Of a DNA stretch of 64,000 nucleotides, positions 8,193 to 17,863 are shown in pieces. This DNA comes from an uncultured delta proteobacterium. GTDB taxonomy: Bacteria > Myxococcota_A > Polyangia > Polyangiales > Polyangiaceae. The notes under the pieces are model-generated. The model saw only the letters and a program-made list of their open reading frames with translations. It did not search any database and was not told the origin of the DNA. The stretch lies in contig CAWJCS010000005.1 of NCBI GenBank assembly GCA_963841435.1, positions 1,510,708 to 1,574,707 on the forward strand. Direction: 5' to 3'. Numbering within the stretch: the stretch's first letter is position 1; each line of letters starts with the position of its first letter. The position numbers were made by a program, and so were the translations under genes.

Positions 8193-10802
8193 TCAGCGCA
8201 CCGACGCCCCCGCCCCGAGCACGCGCAGATCGAAGCAGCGCACGGCCCCGCCGCTCCAGGTGACGCCGAGCTCACCCCGCTTTCCGCGGCGCGCCCGCGT
8301 GTCGAATTGCACGGTTTGCTCCCAGAGCCACGGGGGCTGTGTGGGGAAGTTGGCGAGCGGCGCACCATCGAGAACGACGGCTATCCGGCCTGCGCCGTTC
8401 TTCGGGGTGTCGTAGTCGAGCGCGAGAAACGAGCCCAGCTCGAGCTCGGTGGCGAGTGTCACGGCTCCGACGGGGGGCGCCGTCATGCAGAGGTGGATGC
8501 CCCACACCTCGGACTGGACGGCCGCTGCCGTCAGCGTGTGCGGACCGCAATGGAAAACGAGGGGGGCGGAGCGTTCGCAGCGCTCGCCTGCCAGCGAAAG
8601 CTCGGGCCCGGTGAGACCATGGAAGATCGACTCCTCGGAGAGCAGGCGCGCGCGTGTCCGCGTGCGAAGAGCCACGCTGCCGACGAGCAGAAGCAGCGTG
8701 ACGATCAGCGCGTAGCCGATCGAGCGACGGTGCCGCACGAGCGCCTGCGCCGCACGCTCGACAACGTCCGGCCTGCGCCGCATCGCGAACGAGGCGCCGA
8801 AAAAGACCGGCAGCGATGCGAGTGATGCGAAGAGCCCGAGCCAGTCGGCCGGGCGACGCACGTACTCGAACACGACCTCGCCGTCCGTCACCGGAACCTC
8901 CATCAAGATGGGGTACTCGTATTCTTTGACGGCAACGGTGGTGATGGGAAGGACCGAACCGTGCTCGCTCGCTTGCCACCGCGAGTAGCTCGCGACGTGC
9001 AGCTTGAGGCGGGTGCCGGGTGACGTCCCCGAAAGCGCGATCCTGATCCGCTCGGCAGAAAATTCCAAGAGCCGCGCGTGTCCCGTACCGACGAGGGTGA
9101 AAGGATCCGGGCGAAAGTCGCGAAACTCGTACACCCAGAGGCTGCCGAAGCGCCGGGAAAACACGAGCTCGGGTGCGGACGCCGGCTCGGTCGTGACGAC
9201 GTACTTGACCGAGAGCGCCCGGTAGAGGTCGAGGTCGTCCGCCATGGGAATGCGGCGGAAGATCTGCGCCGGCGTCGTACCCAGCTTGTAGATGGGCGTC
9301 CGGTCGTAGACGGGCAACAGCGTCGGAAGGTGGTTGCCGCGCCAGACCTTGTACACGATGCGGTAGAGCCCGGGCGTCTCGTTTCGCACCTGGCGCGACC
9401 AGCGGAGGAGCGCCTCGTAGTCGTGCCAGTGCTCGATGTCGTCCTGTCCCTTGATGGGAAACGAGAGGTCTTCTTCGTAGATCTTGCGAGCACCCGGGAC
9501 CACGAGGCCCGCGGCGGCGACCAGGAGGATTGCCGCCCCGAGCACGCGCCCGACACTGCCGGCGCCTTCTCGCTTCGTCGTCGTTTCACGCCGGCGCGAG
9601 GACAGCGCGACGAGCGACGTGACTGCGTAGGCCGCGAGCGGGAACCAGACGAGCTTCGCGACCACGAGCAATCGGTTGACCTCGAGCTTGACGAGCGCGG
9701 GAAAGGCCCGCTCGAGGTGAAGGTCGGAAAAGATCGTGTTCGAGGCGAGAAACAGACAGACGAGCGCTGCGCTCGCGCAGAAGAAGCCTCCCGGAGCCTT
9801 GCGGCGCAAGGCCAGGTAGCCGCCGCCCAGCGCCAGGAAATGAACGACGGGCCATTGACCCTGAAAGCTCTGCCCGAAAAAAAAGCGCTGGCCGACCACA
9901 GCAAGCGACTCGTGCATCCAGCCGAGGTCCAGCGTGTCCTTCGTGTGCGAAAAGAACGGGATCAGGAAGAACCCGGACAGCCCGAGCCCCAAGCCCAGCG
10001 CAGCAGCAGCGCTCGCGAAGCGACGAGCCGGGGGCGGCGCCGCGCGCAGGGCATGGTCGAGAAAAAGCAGCGGAACGAGCAGCGGGAACGCGACGATCGG
10101 CAGCGCGTGCGCAAGGAGCGAAAGGGCGAAGTAGAGCCCCGCGAGAAACACGTCGCGCACGCCCGCCCCACCGAGCACGCGGTCGAGGCGCACCAGGGCG
10201 AGCGCGAAAAGCGCCATCGAGAGCGTCACGGGCCAGACGCCCCAATACGTGTGCCACTCCCAACCGCCCTCGAGCTGGCCGCCGCGATCGAGCGTCATGA
10301 GCACGGCGGCAAGCACGCCTGCCGTTCTCCCGAAGAAGTGCCGCGCGAAGCGAAAGGCCGCATAAGCCTTCAGCAGCATGAGCCCGGCGAAGGCGACGGC
10401 GTAGCTCCTCGCCCACGACAGCATGCCGAGGAGCGCGTAGTGAAACAGCCCGACCCAAACCTCACCGCCCGGCGGCACGAGCTCGTCGGAGGGAAAGCCG
10501 AAACCCCAGTAGTTGCTCCAGCCCCGGAGGCGTCCGCTCGGAAGGAGCTCGGTCCAGAAGTGCCACGCTTTGAAGACGTGCGTGAAGTGGTCGTACGTGA
10601 GCGGGATCTTGCTGATGATGCCAGGGGCGAGCAGCAACGCCGGAAGGAGCGCGAGCACGAGCGCCGCGATCTCCTTGCGGCGGTCCGAGGCGAACAACGC
10701 GGGAACCGTGCGCCACGCGGCTTCGAGTCGATGGCGGAGCGAAGGGGCGCCCCCGGTCGGGGTGCGCTCGTCGGAAGCGCCGGGCGGATCCTCGGCGGCC
10801 AT
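8193..10802 (-). CDS. large polytopic membrane protein (GT-C / YfhO / PTPS-related-like, function unknown)
   Basis: 869-aa ORF. The first ~480 aa hold about 12 hydrophobic helices, preceded by DHFTHVFKAWHFW...WSNYWGFGFP. A soluble region follows, then one more TM and a C-terminal domain. Strong G/C third-position bias. Confidence 0.75.
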   Translation of the reverse strand: MAAEDPPGASDERTPTGGAPSLRHRLEAAWRTVPALFASDRRKEIAALVLALLPALLLAPGIISKIPLTYDHFTHVFKAWHFWTELLPSGRLRGWSNYWGFGFPSDELVPPGGEVWVGLFHYALLGMLSWARSYAVAFAGLMLLKAYAAFRFARHFFGRTAGVLAAVLMTLDRGGQLEGGWEWHTYWGVWPVTLSMALFALALVRLDRVLGGAGVRDVFLAGLYFALSLLAHALPIVAFPLLVPLLFLDHALRAAPPPARRFASAAAALGLGLGLSGFFLIPFFSHTKDTLDLGWMHESLAVVGQRFFFGQSFQGQWPVVHFLALGGGYLALRRKAPGGFFCASAALVCLFLASNTIFSDLHLERAFPALVKLEVNRLLVVAKLVWFPLAAYAVTSLVALSSRRRETTTKREGAGSVGRVLGAAILLVAAAGLVVPGARKIYEEDLSFPIKGQDDIEHWHDYEALLRWSRQVRNETPGLYRIVYKVWRGNHLPTLLPVYDRTPIYKLGTTPAQIFRRIPMADDLDLYRALSVKYVVTTEPASAPELVFSRRFGSLWVYEFRDFRPDPFTLVGTGHARLLEFSAERIRIALSGTSPGTRLKLHVASYSRWQASEHGSVLPITTVAVKEYEYPILMEVPVTDGEVVFEYVRRPADWLGLFASLASLPVFFGASFAMRRRPDVVERAAQALVRHRRSIGYALIVTLLLLVGSVALRTRTRARLLSEESIFHGLTGPELSLAGERCERSAPLVFHCGPHTLTAAAVQSEVWGIHLCMTAPPVGAVTLATELELGSFLALDYDTPKNGAGRIAVVLDGAPLANFPTQPPWLWEQTVQFDTRARRGKRGELGVTWSGGAVRCFDLRVLGAGASVR

Positions 10803-10972
10803 GCTCAGGTCGGCGCGTGACGAAGGGCGGGCACGGCCTGATCGAGACTAGTACGAAATCTGGGAGGTAAGTCGCCGGGTGCCCCGTGCTCGCCCACGCG
10901 TGCCCGAAAGGCGCCCCGGACTCGGGATGCGGGCCAAAGCGCGCTCCCTTTTCGACTCGTCCCTCGAAGCGT

Positions 10973-13835
10973 TCAGAGCCGTGCGGCTTTTGGCGAAGGC
11001 ACGCCGCTGCTCACGCTCGCGCACCGCGGCCCCGTCGAGAGCTCGGGATGGAAACGCAGGATGACGCGATCGCCGGACACGTCGACGCGATACCCAGGCG
11101 GCACGCTCGTGAAGCGACCCGACACGCCGCTCGTCGCCGTGAGGATCGTCCACGCGCTTCCGGGGGCCGGGGTCGCGCTCAGCTCGCCGACCTCGAGAGC
11201 GCCACCGAGCACGGCGTGGCCCGACACGTGGACGGCGTCGTGCTTCGCGCCGTCGAGGTCGAGACGGAGCGCGCCGTTCGAGAGCCTGAGAATCGCCGCT
11301 AATCTCGAGCACGCCGACGCCCGGCCCGGGGGCGACCACGCCGCCGTCGACGACGAGATCGAAGCGCACGCTTCGCGTGGCGAGCAAGCCACCCCGGAAA
11401 CGGAACGTCGCGCCGTGCGCCTTCGCGAGGCTCCCCGCGCGGAGCTCACCGCCCGTGAGCTCGAGCGAGCCGTGCGCGCCAATGCTCACCTGGTCGCCGA
11501 CGTCGAGCCAGCCGTTTCGCACGGCGAGCACCGCGCTGCCGGCAATCTCGACGGCGCGCGCCACCTGGCCGGGCGCATCGACCACGGCCGTCCCCGCGAG
11601 AACGCGAACAACGTCGAAACGGCTCGGCTGCCAGTGCGCCGTCTTCGCGACGCGCGTGCCGCCGGAGGGCATCACGCCGAAGCTTTCGCTCTCCGCGTAG
11701 CGAGCCGTCCCCTCGACGGCGAACGCGAGCTGACCGGGCGCGGGCCACGCCGCGAGCTCGTTCAGGTACTCCTCGAGGTTCGTGTAGCCGTCGGCGTCGA
11801 GGTCGCCGTTGTTGTCGGCCAGCGCCGGGTTCGTACCGTGCGCGGATTCCCAGGTGTCCGGCATGCCGTCGCCGTCGGTGTCGAAGCCCGAGGGGCGGCT
11901 CGTCATCGGCGTCGCGACGAGCGCCCGCCACTCCGTGCCATCCTGCGAGCTCGAGTTGAACGGGTCGTCCGCCCACGCGACGATTTTGCCGGTGCCGGCG
12001 CGCGTCTCGGCAACGATCCGCGTGTCGAGCGCGGCGCGCTGCCAGTAGCGCGACCCCGCGTAGGAGAGCACACGGTCGAATGCGGCCTGGGCGCTGTCCG
12101 TCACGCCCGCGTAAGGCGTCTGCGTGAACGCGTTCGACTGAATGCTCGAAGATCCGAAATCGGAGCTCGAGAGCGACGCGCCGTCGGAAGCGTCGCCGTC
12201 CCGATTCGTGTCCTTCAGATTGCCGCTCTGGTACACCTTCGTGAGGGAGCTGTCGCTGCCGTTGAAGATGCTCGTGCCGCCGCCCGACGTGCTGATGGCG
12301 GTGCTCTCGTTGCCCGAAGCGTCGTCGCCGCCGTTTCCCGCCAGATAGAAGTTGCCGATGAAGTTGTTCTGGCTTGCCTGGCCCGAAGCACCGGTGCCGG
12401 CGGTGCCGAGCCAGTTGTAAAAGACGTTGTTCCGAAAGTCGTTGTAAGCGCCGACGCCCGCGACCGTGAGCGCACCCGACTCGGTGCCGACGCGCGGCAG
12501 GCGACCCTTGAGGTGCGCGTACAAGTTGTGGTGGACGCTGATTTTTGCGTTGGAGCCCGCCTGGAAAAGCGAGCCGAGCGCGTGACCCGTGTACTTGATG
12601 CTGCTCGCCTCGGCGTCGGCTTGCGGATAGTTCTGGCCCTGCGCAATGAGCGCGTACTGCACGGTCACCTCGTTGGCGAGCTCGTTCATCGAGACCGTCT
12701 CGTCGGTGGCGTAGACGGTGGTGACGTGGTCGATCATCACCTTCTGCCCGCTGATATCGAGCGCGTCGTACGTGTACGAGTCCGGGAAGTCGCCCGACAC
12801 GGGAGGCTTGCTCGGCTCGTCGAAGCTGCGACAGCCGTAGCCGGGGGCGAACGTGACGTTCCGCAGGATGATATTGGTGCCGCCGACTTTGATGGTGCCG
12901 CCCATGACGATCACGGGGCCGGGCGCCGTTTGCCCCGCAATGGTGACGGAGGCGGGTAGGTTGAGGCGCGAGGCGGTGTCCCAGCCGTTGCCGTTCGCGT
13001 CCCAGCCGGTCACGGCGGTGCGACCCAGAAAGAACACGCCCGACACGTCGAACACGATCGTGCGCGGCCCGGTGAGGTTCGACAGACCGTAGCGGAGCGT
13101 GCCCGGCCTCATGTCGCTCGAATCGGTGTCGAGCAGCGTCACGTGGTACACGTCGCCACCGCGACCGCCCGTGACCGTACCGGCCGCTCCGTCCGCGCCG
13201 GGGAAAGCGGGGAGCGCCGTACAATTGCCGGCCGTGCACTGGCAGGCCCCAGCGACGCACGTGCGCCCACCCGTGCACGGGCTGTTACACGCACCGCAGT
13301 GCGCGTCGTCCGTCATCACGTCGACGCAGCTGCCACTGCAGCTCGCGTGACCCGCGTCGCAACCGGAGCTGCCGCCGCCGCCCGCGTCGCCAGCACCGCC
13401 GCCAGCACCCGAGCCGCCGCCCGCGACGCCCGCGTTGCCGCCCGATCCCGCCGTGCCGGCATCCGATCCACCTGCCCCGGCGGCACCGTCACCGGCGCTG
13501 CCGGCAGCGCCGGCGCTCGTCCCCGCGCTCCCGGCGGCGCCCGAGCCACCCGCGCCGCTTCCACCGGTTGCGGCCGCTCCACCCAACGCGCCGGACCCAC
13601 CCATCCCCGCCAAAACGCCGCCGGTGCCGGAGCCCGCAGCGTTGCCCGCTATCCCCGAGCTCCCACCCGAGGCTCCCAGGCCTGACGATCCACCCGTTCC
13701 GGGCGCGCCCGACCCCGCGCCCGGAGCGTCGCCGGATGCGGTTCCGCCGCCGCACCCGACGGCCGCCGGGGCCATCACCGCCACGAGGAAAGCTACACTC
13801 TTACTGGCACGCGTCATTTTCGGCCTCGCCGCCAC
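10973..13835 (-). CDS. modular secreted lipoprotein with a PL1-type pectate-lyase-like beta-helix; apparent frameshift near 11282-11300
   Basis: ORF 10848..13835 carries, in order: a signal plus lipobox (MTRASKSVAFLVAVMAPAAVGCGG), a ~150-aa G/A/S linker, a Cys module (HCGACNSPC...), then FPGADGAAGTVTGGRGGDVYHVT...TIAGQTAPG...DHVT...HHNLYAH..RLPRV...NNVFYNW (pectate-lyase pattern) and TDGDGMPDTWE...DADGYTNLEEYLNE. After ...GVGVLEISGD the frame turns to Arg-rich junk. The sensible continuation LRLSNGALRLDLDGAKHDAVHVSGHAVLGG... lies in ORF 10973..11482. Confidence 0.75.
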
Positions 13836-14067
13836 TGCACGAGCTCAACGCGGATCGGTGGCCCGAGGCACGCGGCAGCGGTCATGTATGACGGCGGCCG
13901 GCGAACCGATCACGCCCCGCTGGCTTGAGACCAAAAAGGTCCGGGAGCCGCATGGCGCGCACTTCGTGCGATCCCCCACCGTCCGGAGGCAATCCGTGCG
14001 CCCTCGGGCGCACCCGCTGCAGGCGTGCCCCGAGCAGCGGCCGACCTCGGACGGGAAACGGATCCGC

Positions 14068-14619
14068 TCAGGCGAGCAGCACGACCGTGCTCGCCTGGGG
14101 TCCCTTGTCGCCCATCTCCTCGACGAAGCGCACCTTGGAGCCGACCTTCATGCGCCCGAAAGCGTGGTGGAGCACGCTGTTCTGGTGGAAGTAGATCTCG
14201 TCACCTTCGGGCGTCTGCAAAAACCCATATCCTTCGTATTCGAGAAGCTTGGCGACGTGCGCCCGCCGATAGGCGTGCTCGTGGGGCTTCACCTCGCCTC
14301 GCTGCTGGCGCACGAAGTCCTCGAGCCTGCGCAGGGCATTGTCGAAGGCCTGATCGATGGCGGCATACGCGTCCTCGTGAATCGGATCGTCTTCGCGCGC
14401 ATGGCTCACCGGAACCAGGCCGCCGGGCAAGGACACCTCGACGGCGACGCGAAAGGGCCGACCGTTGCGCTGGTGACGATGGGGCATCTCCACGGTGACG
14501 TGGCAGTCGGTGATGCGGTCCGCGAATCGCTCGAACCGCTCCGCGCGTGCGCGGACGTACCGGTCGATGGCCTCCGAGGACGCCATGTCTCGGAAAGTGA
14601 TTCTCAGTGGAATGGTCAT
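14068..14619 (-). CDS. HPF/RaiA-family ribosome-associated domain fused to a cold-shock (CSD) domain
   Basis: Met 50 of ORF 14068..14766. MTIPLRITFRDMASSEAIDRYVRARAERFERF...VTVEMPHRH...FRVAVEVSLPGG...DAYAAIDQAFDNALRRLEDF matches the HPF/RaiA pattern. The C-terminal ...YGFLQTPEGDEIYFHQNSVL...MKVGSKVRFVEEMGDKGPQAS is CspA-like. Confidence 0.75.
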   Translation of the reverse strand: MTIPLRITFRDMASSEAIDRYVRARAERFERFADRITDCHVTVEMPHRHQRNGRPFRVAVEVSLPGGLVPVSHAREDDPIHEDAYAAIDQAFDNALRRLEDFVRQQRGEVKPHEHAYRRAHVAKLLEYEGYGFLQTPEGDEIYFHQNSVLHHAFGRMKVGSKVRFVEEMGDKGPQASTVVLLA

Positions 14620-14773
14620 GCCCATGATCGAAGCATCAACCGTGCCCACGATCCCCGCAGACGAGCAGGGCGCCCCGGACGAGCCCCTGCGCAAATCGTT
14701 CGCGTCGCCACCCCGGGGCGAATCGGCTGCACGCGGGCCCGCAAGGGCACGGCTTTTGCTCTCCATCCAAACG

Positions 14774-15196
14774 ATGGCTCTCGAGGTTGCACGCTTCTAT
14801 CGCTTTCTCGCCGGGGCGGTCAACGTCACGCACGGCCTCGTGATGCTCATTTGGGGGCTCGGGCTACCGCTCGTGCTCTGGCACCGTTTCGCCCGCTTGA
14901 GCCGGGCGTACATGTGGTTCTCCGTCAGTTTCGTGGTGCTCTCGCTTCTTTCGCACCAGATCTTCGGCGAGTGCTTCCTGACGACGCTGTCGCGCCACCT
15001 GCGGGTGACCGCCGGAGTCCGGGTCAATCGGGTGCCCTTCACCGTCGTCTTCGTGAACGCCGTCGCGGGCATTCGTCCAAGCACGCGTGAGGCGGTCCTG
15101 CTCTGGGAGACGACCATCGCGACCTCGTGCGTCGCGACGCTGCTCTACTGGCGGCGGGCGCGAAGCAGTCCGTCGGCGCGGAGCGGCGCGCGCTGA
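14774..15196 (+). CDS. small integral membrane protein (DUF2784-like)
   Basis: Met 94 of ORF 14495..15196. It has four hydrophobic segments, and the ...HQIFGECFLTTLSRHLR motif resembles the CPLT-type motif of DUF2784 proteins. Divergent from the HPF-CSD gene. Confidence 0.6.
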   Translation: MALEVARFYRFLAGAVNVTHGLVMLIWGLGLPLVLWHRFARLSRAYMWFSVSFVVLSLLSHQIFGECFLTTLSRHLRVTAGVRVNRVPFTVVFVNAVAGIRPSTREAVLLWETTIATSCVATLLYWRRARSSPSARSGAR

Positions 15197-15274
15197 GCGC
15201 CGACGGCGCACCCGGCGGCCGCGGGTCCGGGCAGGGGCCGACGCTCGCGCTCGGTGCTAGATTTGTGAGACTCG

Positions 15275-16261
15275 ATGCTTCGCAAGCGACTGGTTGGCAT
15301 GCTCCTCGGCACCCGTTTGCCTCGTCTCTTGCCGGTCGGCGCGCTCGGGATCGTCGTCTTGCACTTCGGTGCGCGCGAGGCCGTGGCCTCCGCCGTCGCG
15401 TTCGCTCCGAACGCCACGCGAGCGGCCGACGAGGCCGTGCCCCTGCCCGCGGAGCTTGCCGACCGGAGCGTGACGAGGCTAAAGGTGCCGGTTGGTCCGC
15501 CCAAGGCGACGCTCGCCGCGTGGGTCGTCGAGCCGAAGGCCCGGGCCGCGCGCGGAACCATCGTTTTGCTTCACGGCATTCGACTCGACAAGCGCTCGCT
15601 CGTGAGTCCCGCGCTCGCGTTCTCCGATGCCGGCTACCGCACCGTGCTCGTCGATCTGCGCGGTCACGGTGAATCGAGCGGGCGCTATCTGACCTACGGT
15701 GCGGTCGAGAATCGCAACGTCTCGAGCGTGCTCGACGCGCTCGAGGCAAGCGGCACGAAGCTCGGCTGTGTGGGCGCGTACGGCTATTCCTACGGCGCCG
15801 CCGTCGCGCTCGAGCTCGGAGCGCACGACGCGCGAGTGCGTGCCGTCGTGGCGGTCGCGCCGTTCTCGTCCCTACGCTCGGTGATCCTCGACTACCGGCG
15901 CCGCTACCTACCGGCGCCCCTCAGTGCGATCCCCGACTCGTGGTTTCAGGGCGCGGTCAACGAGGCGAGCCGCATCGCCGCGTTCGATCCCGACGGTTCC
16001 GCGCCCGAACGGGCAGCGACCTGGTCGACCGCCGAGCAGCTGCTCATTCACGGCACGAGTGACACGCAGGTGCCCCTGGCGCACAGCGAACGTCTCGCGC
16101 GCGCTGCCCAGGGGCGCGCACGCCTCGTCACCGTGGCGGGGGCATCCCACGATACGATCCCGGCGTTCGCAGAGACCCGACGCGAAAGTCTCGCTTGGTT
16201 CGAACGCTGGCTCGAGCCCGAACACTGCGAGAAGGCGCAAGCGCCAGCCGATCGGCACTGA
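15275..16261 (+). CDS. alpha/beta hydrolase (membrane-anchored or secreted)
   Basis: 328-aa ORF with an N-terminal hydrophobic segment. Motifs are GTIVLLHGIRLDKRS, the nucleophile elbow GAYGYSYGAA, and LLIHGTSDTQVP...ASHD (Asp/His). Confidence 0.8.
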   Translation: MLRKRLVGMLLGTRLPRLLPVGALGIVVLHFGAREAVASAVAFAPNATRAADEAVPLPAELADRSVTRLKVPVGPPKATLAAWVVEPKARAARGTIVLLHGIRLDKRSLVSPALAFSDAGYRTVLVDLRGHGESSGRYLTYGAVENRNVSSVLDALEASGTKLGCVGAYGYSYGAAVALELGAHDARVRAVVAVAPFSSLRSVILDYRRRYLPAPLSAIPDSWFQGAVNEASRIAAFDPDGSAPERAATWSTAEQLLIHGTSDTQVPLAHSERLARAAQGRARLVTVAGASHDTIPAFAETRRESLAWFERWLEPEHCEKAQAPADRH

Positions 16262-16430
16262 CCGGGCGCGGAGCGGTCCGTGCGCCGGCCATGGCTTGAG
16301 ACCGGAAACAGATGACGCGGCGGCAGCTCGGAAAAGCGCTGCGTTTCGTGCACGAGAGAACCTTGACCATCGCTGGAATGGGATGATACTCGCATGGGCT
16401 CTCGATGGGCGAGGCGCCACGACCCGACCC

Positions 16431-17738
16431 ATGAGTGCCTCGCGTCCCCGAGTCCTCCTCATCGCGGAAGCTTGCAACCCGGAGTGGGTGAGCGTTCCGT
16501 TGATTGGCTGGTCGCACGGACGCGCGCTGGCGGGGCTCACCGACGCGCTCGTCGTCACCCAGGTCCGGAACCGTGAAGCGCTCGAGCGCGCCGGCTGGAC
16601 GGAGGGTCGCGAGTTCGTCGCGCTCGACACCGAGGCAGTGGGTGTCCCCATCTACCGGGCGAGCCAGTGGCTGCGTCGAACGGCCGGGTTTGGCTGGACG
16701 TTGACCACGGCGACGGCGAGCATTCCCTACTACTACTTCGAGCACCTGCTCTGGCGTCGTTTCGGCGACGACATCAAAAGCAAGCGCTTCAACGTCGTGC
16801 ATCGACTCACGCCGCTCAGCCCGACCATCCCGAGTTTCCTCGCGGTAAGGTGCAAGGCGTCCGGAGTCCCCTTCGTGTGGGGGCCGATCAACGGCGGCGT
16901 GCCCTGGCCTCCCGGGTTCGGCAACGTCCGTCGCGCCGAGGGCGAGTGGCTCTCCTACCTTCGCAACGCCCATCGTCTCATGCCGGGTCACGCCAGCACC
17001 CGGCGCTCGGCGGCCGCGCTGATCGCCGGCTCCATGTCGGTGTGGGAGCAGCTCGACGGCCATCACGACCGCTCGGTGTACATCCCCGAGAACGCGGTGG
17101 AGCCGGAGCGATTCCGCGGGTCCGTCGCGCCCTGGCAAGAGGGCCCACTCCGCGTCGCCTTCGTCGGACGGCTCGTCCCCTACAAGGGCGCCGACATGCT
17201 CATCGAGGCCGCTGCGCCGCTGGTCCGCGCCGGCCGCGTTCGAGTCGACGTCTACGGTGATGGTCCCGAGCTCGGCAAGCTCGAGGCTCTCGTCGAGCGT
17301 GAAGAGCTCCGGAGCGGCGTCAGCCTGCACGGCTGGACGGCGCACGAAGCCCTGCAGGGCGAGCTCGTGCGCGCGCACGTGTTCGGTTTTCCGAGCGTGC
17401 GAGAGTTCGGGGGCGGAGCCGTGCTCGAAGCGATGGCGCTCGGACTCGTACCCGTGGTGGTCGGCTACGCGGGTCCGAACGAGTTGGTATCGGAACGCAC
17501 CGGCATCCGCGTGCCGATCGGATCACGCGCATCCGTCGTCGCCGGCGTTCGCGCCGCACTGGAACGCCTGCTTGCGGATCCCGTCGAGCTCGGGCAGATG
17601 AGCAAGCGCGCACGGCACCACGTGCTTGAGAGCTTCACGTGGTCCGCGAAGGCCGCTCAGGTGCTCGAGGTCTATCGATGGGTGCTCGGTGAGCGAAGCA
17701 AGCCTAGCTTCGGAATGCCATTTCCGGACGACGCCTAA
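16431..17738 (+). CDS. GT4-family glycosyltransferase
   Basis: Met 170 of ORF 15924..17738; an alternative Met lies at 16383. RVLLIAEACNPEWVSVP...VAFVGRLVPYKGADMLIEA...FGFPSVREFGGGAVLEAMALGLVPVV is a GT-B fold with the EX7E-type region. The upstream part of the ORF is Arg-rich shadow. Confidence 0.85.
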   Translation: MSASRPRVLLIAEACNPEWVSVPLIGWSHGRALAGLTDALVVTQVRNREALERAGWTEGREFVALDTEAVGVPIYRASQWLRRTAGFGWTLTTATASIPYYYFEHLLWRRFGDDIKSKRFNVVHRLTPLSPTIPSFLAVRCKASGVPFVWGPINGGVPWPPGFGNVRRAEGEWLSYLRNAHRLMPGHASTRRSAAALIAGSMSVWEQLDGHHDRSVYIPENAVEPERFRGSVAPWQEGPLRVAFVGRLVPYKGADMLIEAAAPLVRAGRVRVDVYGDGPELGKLEALVEREELRSGVSLHGWTAHEALQGELVRAHVFGFPSVREFGGGAVLEAMALGLVPVVVGYAGPNELVSERTGIRVPIGSRASVVAGVRAALERLLADPVELGQMSKRARHHVLESFTWSAKAAQVLEVYRWVLGERSKPSFGMPFPDDA

Positions 17739-17863
17739 ACGCAGGAGATCGCACGGCGCGGGGAATCGCGGCGTGGGGGCTGTTGCCCGAGGAGTGCGAA
17801 CGGTTCACTATTGCGCGCACGCTCGCGCACATGCGAGATAGCGGCTCGTCTGGGAATTCCGTC

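Noticed and set aside
13380-13760. Highly repetitive GC-rich tracts (13380-13760, 19500-19740, 24790-24960, 30540-30830) that at first glance look like repeat arrays.
   Set aside because: They have no regular repeat/spacer periodicity. They translate in frame to Gly/Ala/Ser/Thr linkers of lipoproteins. They are not CRISPR or a VNTR, apart from the small 15-nt triplet at 41845-41889.
16128-17378. Long antisense or shadow ORFs opposite clearly homologous genes. Examples: 16128..17378, 17879..19348, 19429..20988, 3711..4697, 33563..34744, 34766..35935, 46143..47321, 52791..54293 and 58213..58965.
   Set aside because: Their translations are Arg/Ala/Gly/Pro-rich with no motifs. The opposite strand or other frame carries recognisable families with proper G/C third-position bias. 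This is a typical artefact of ~70% GC DNA.
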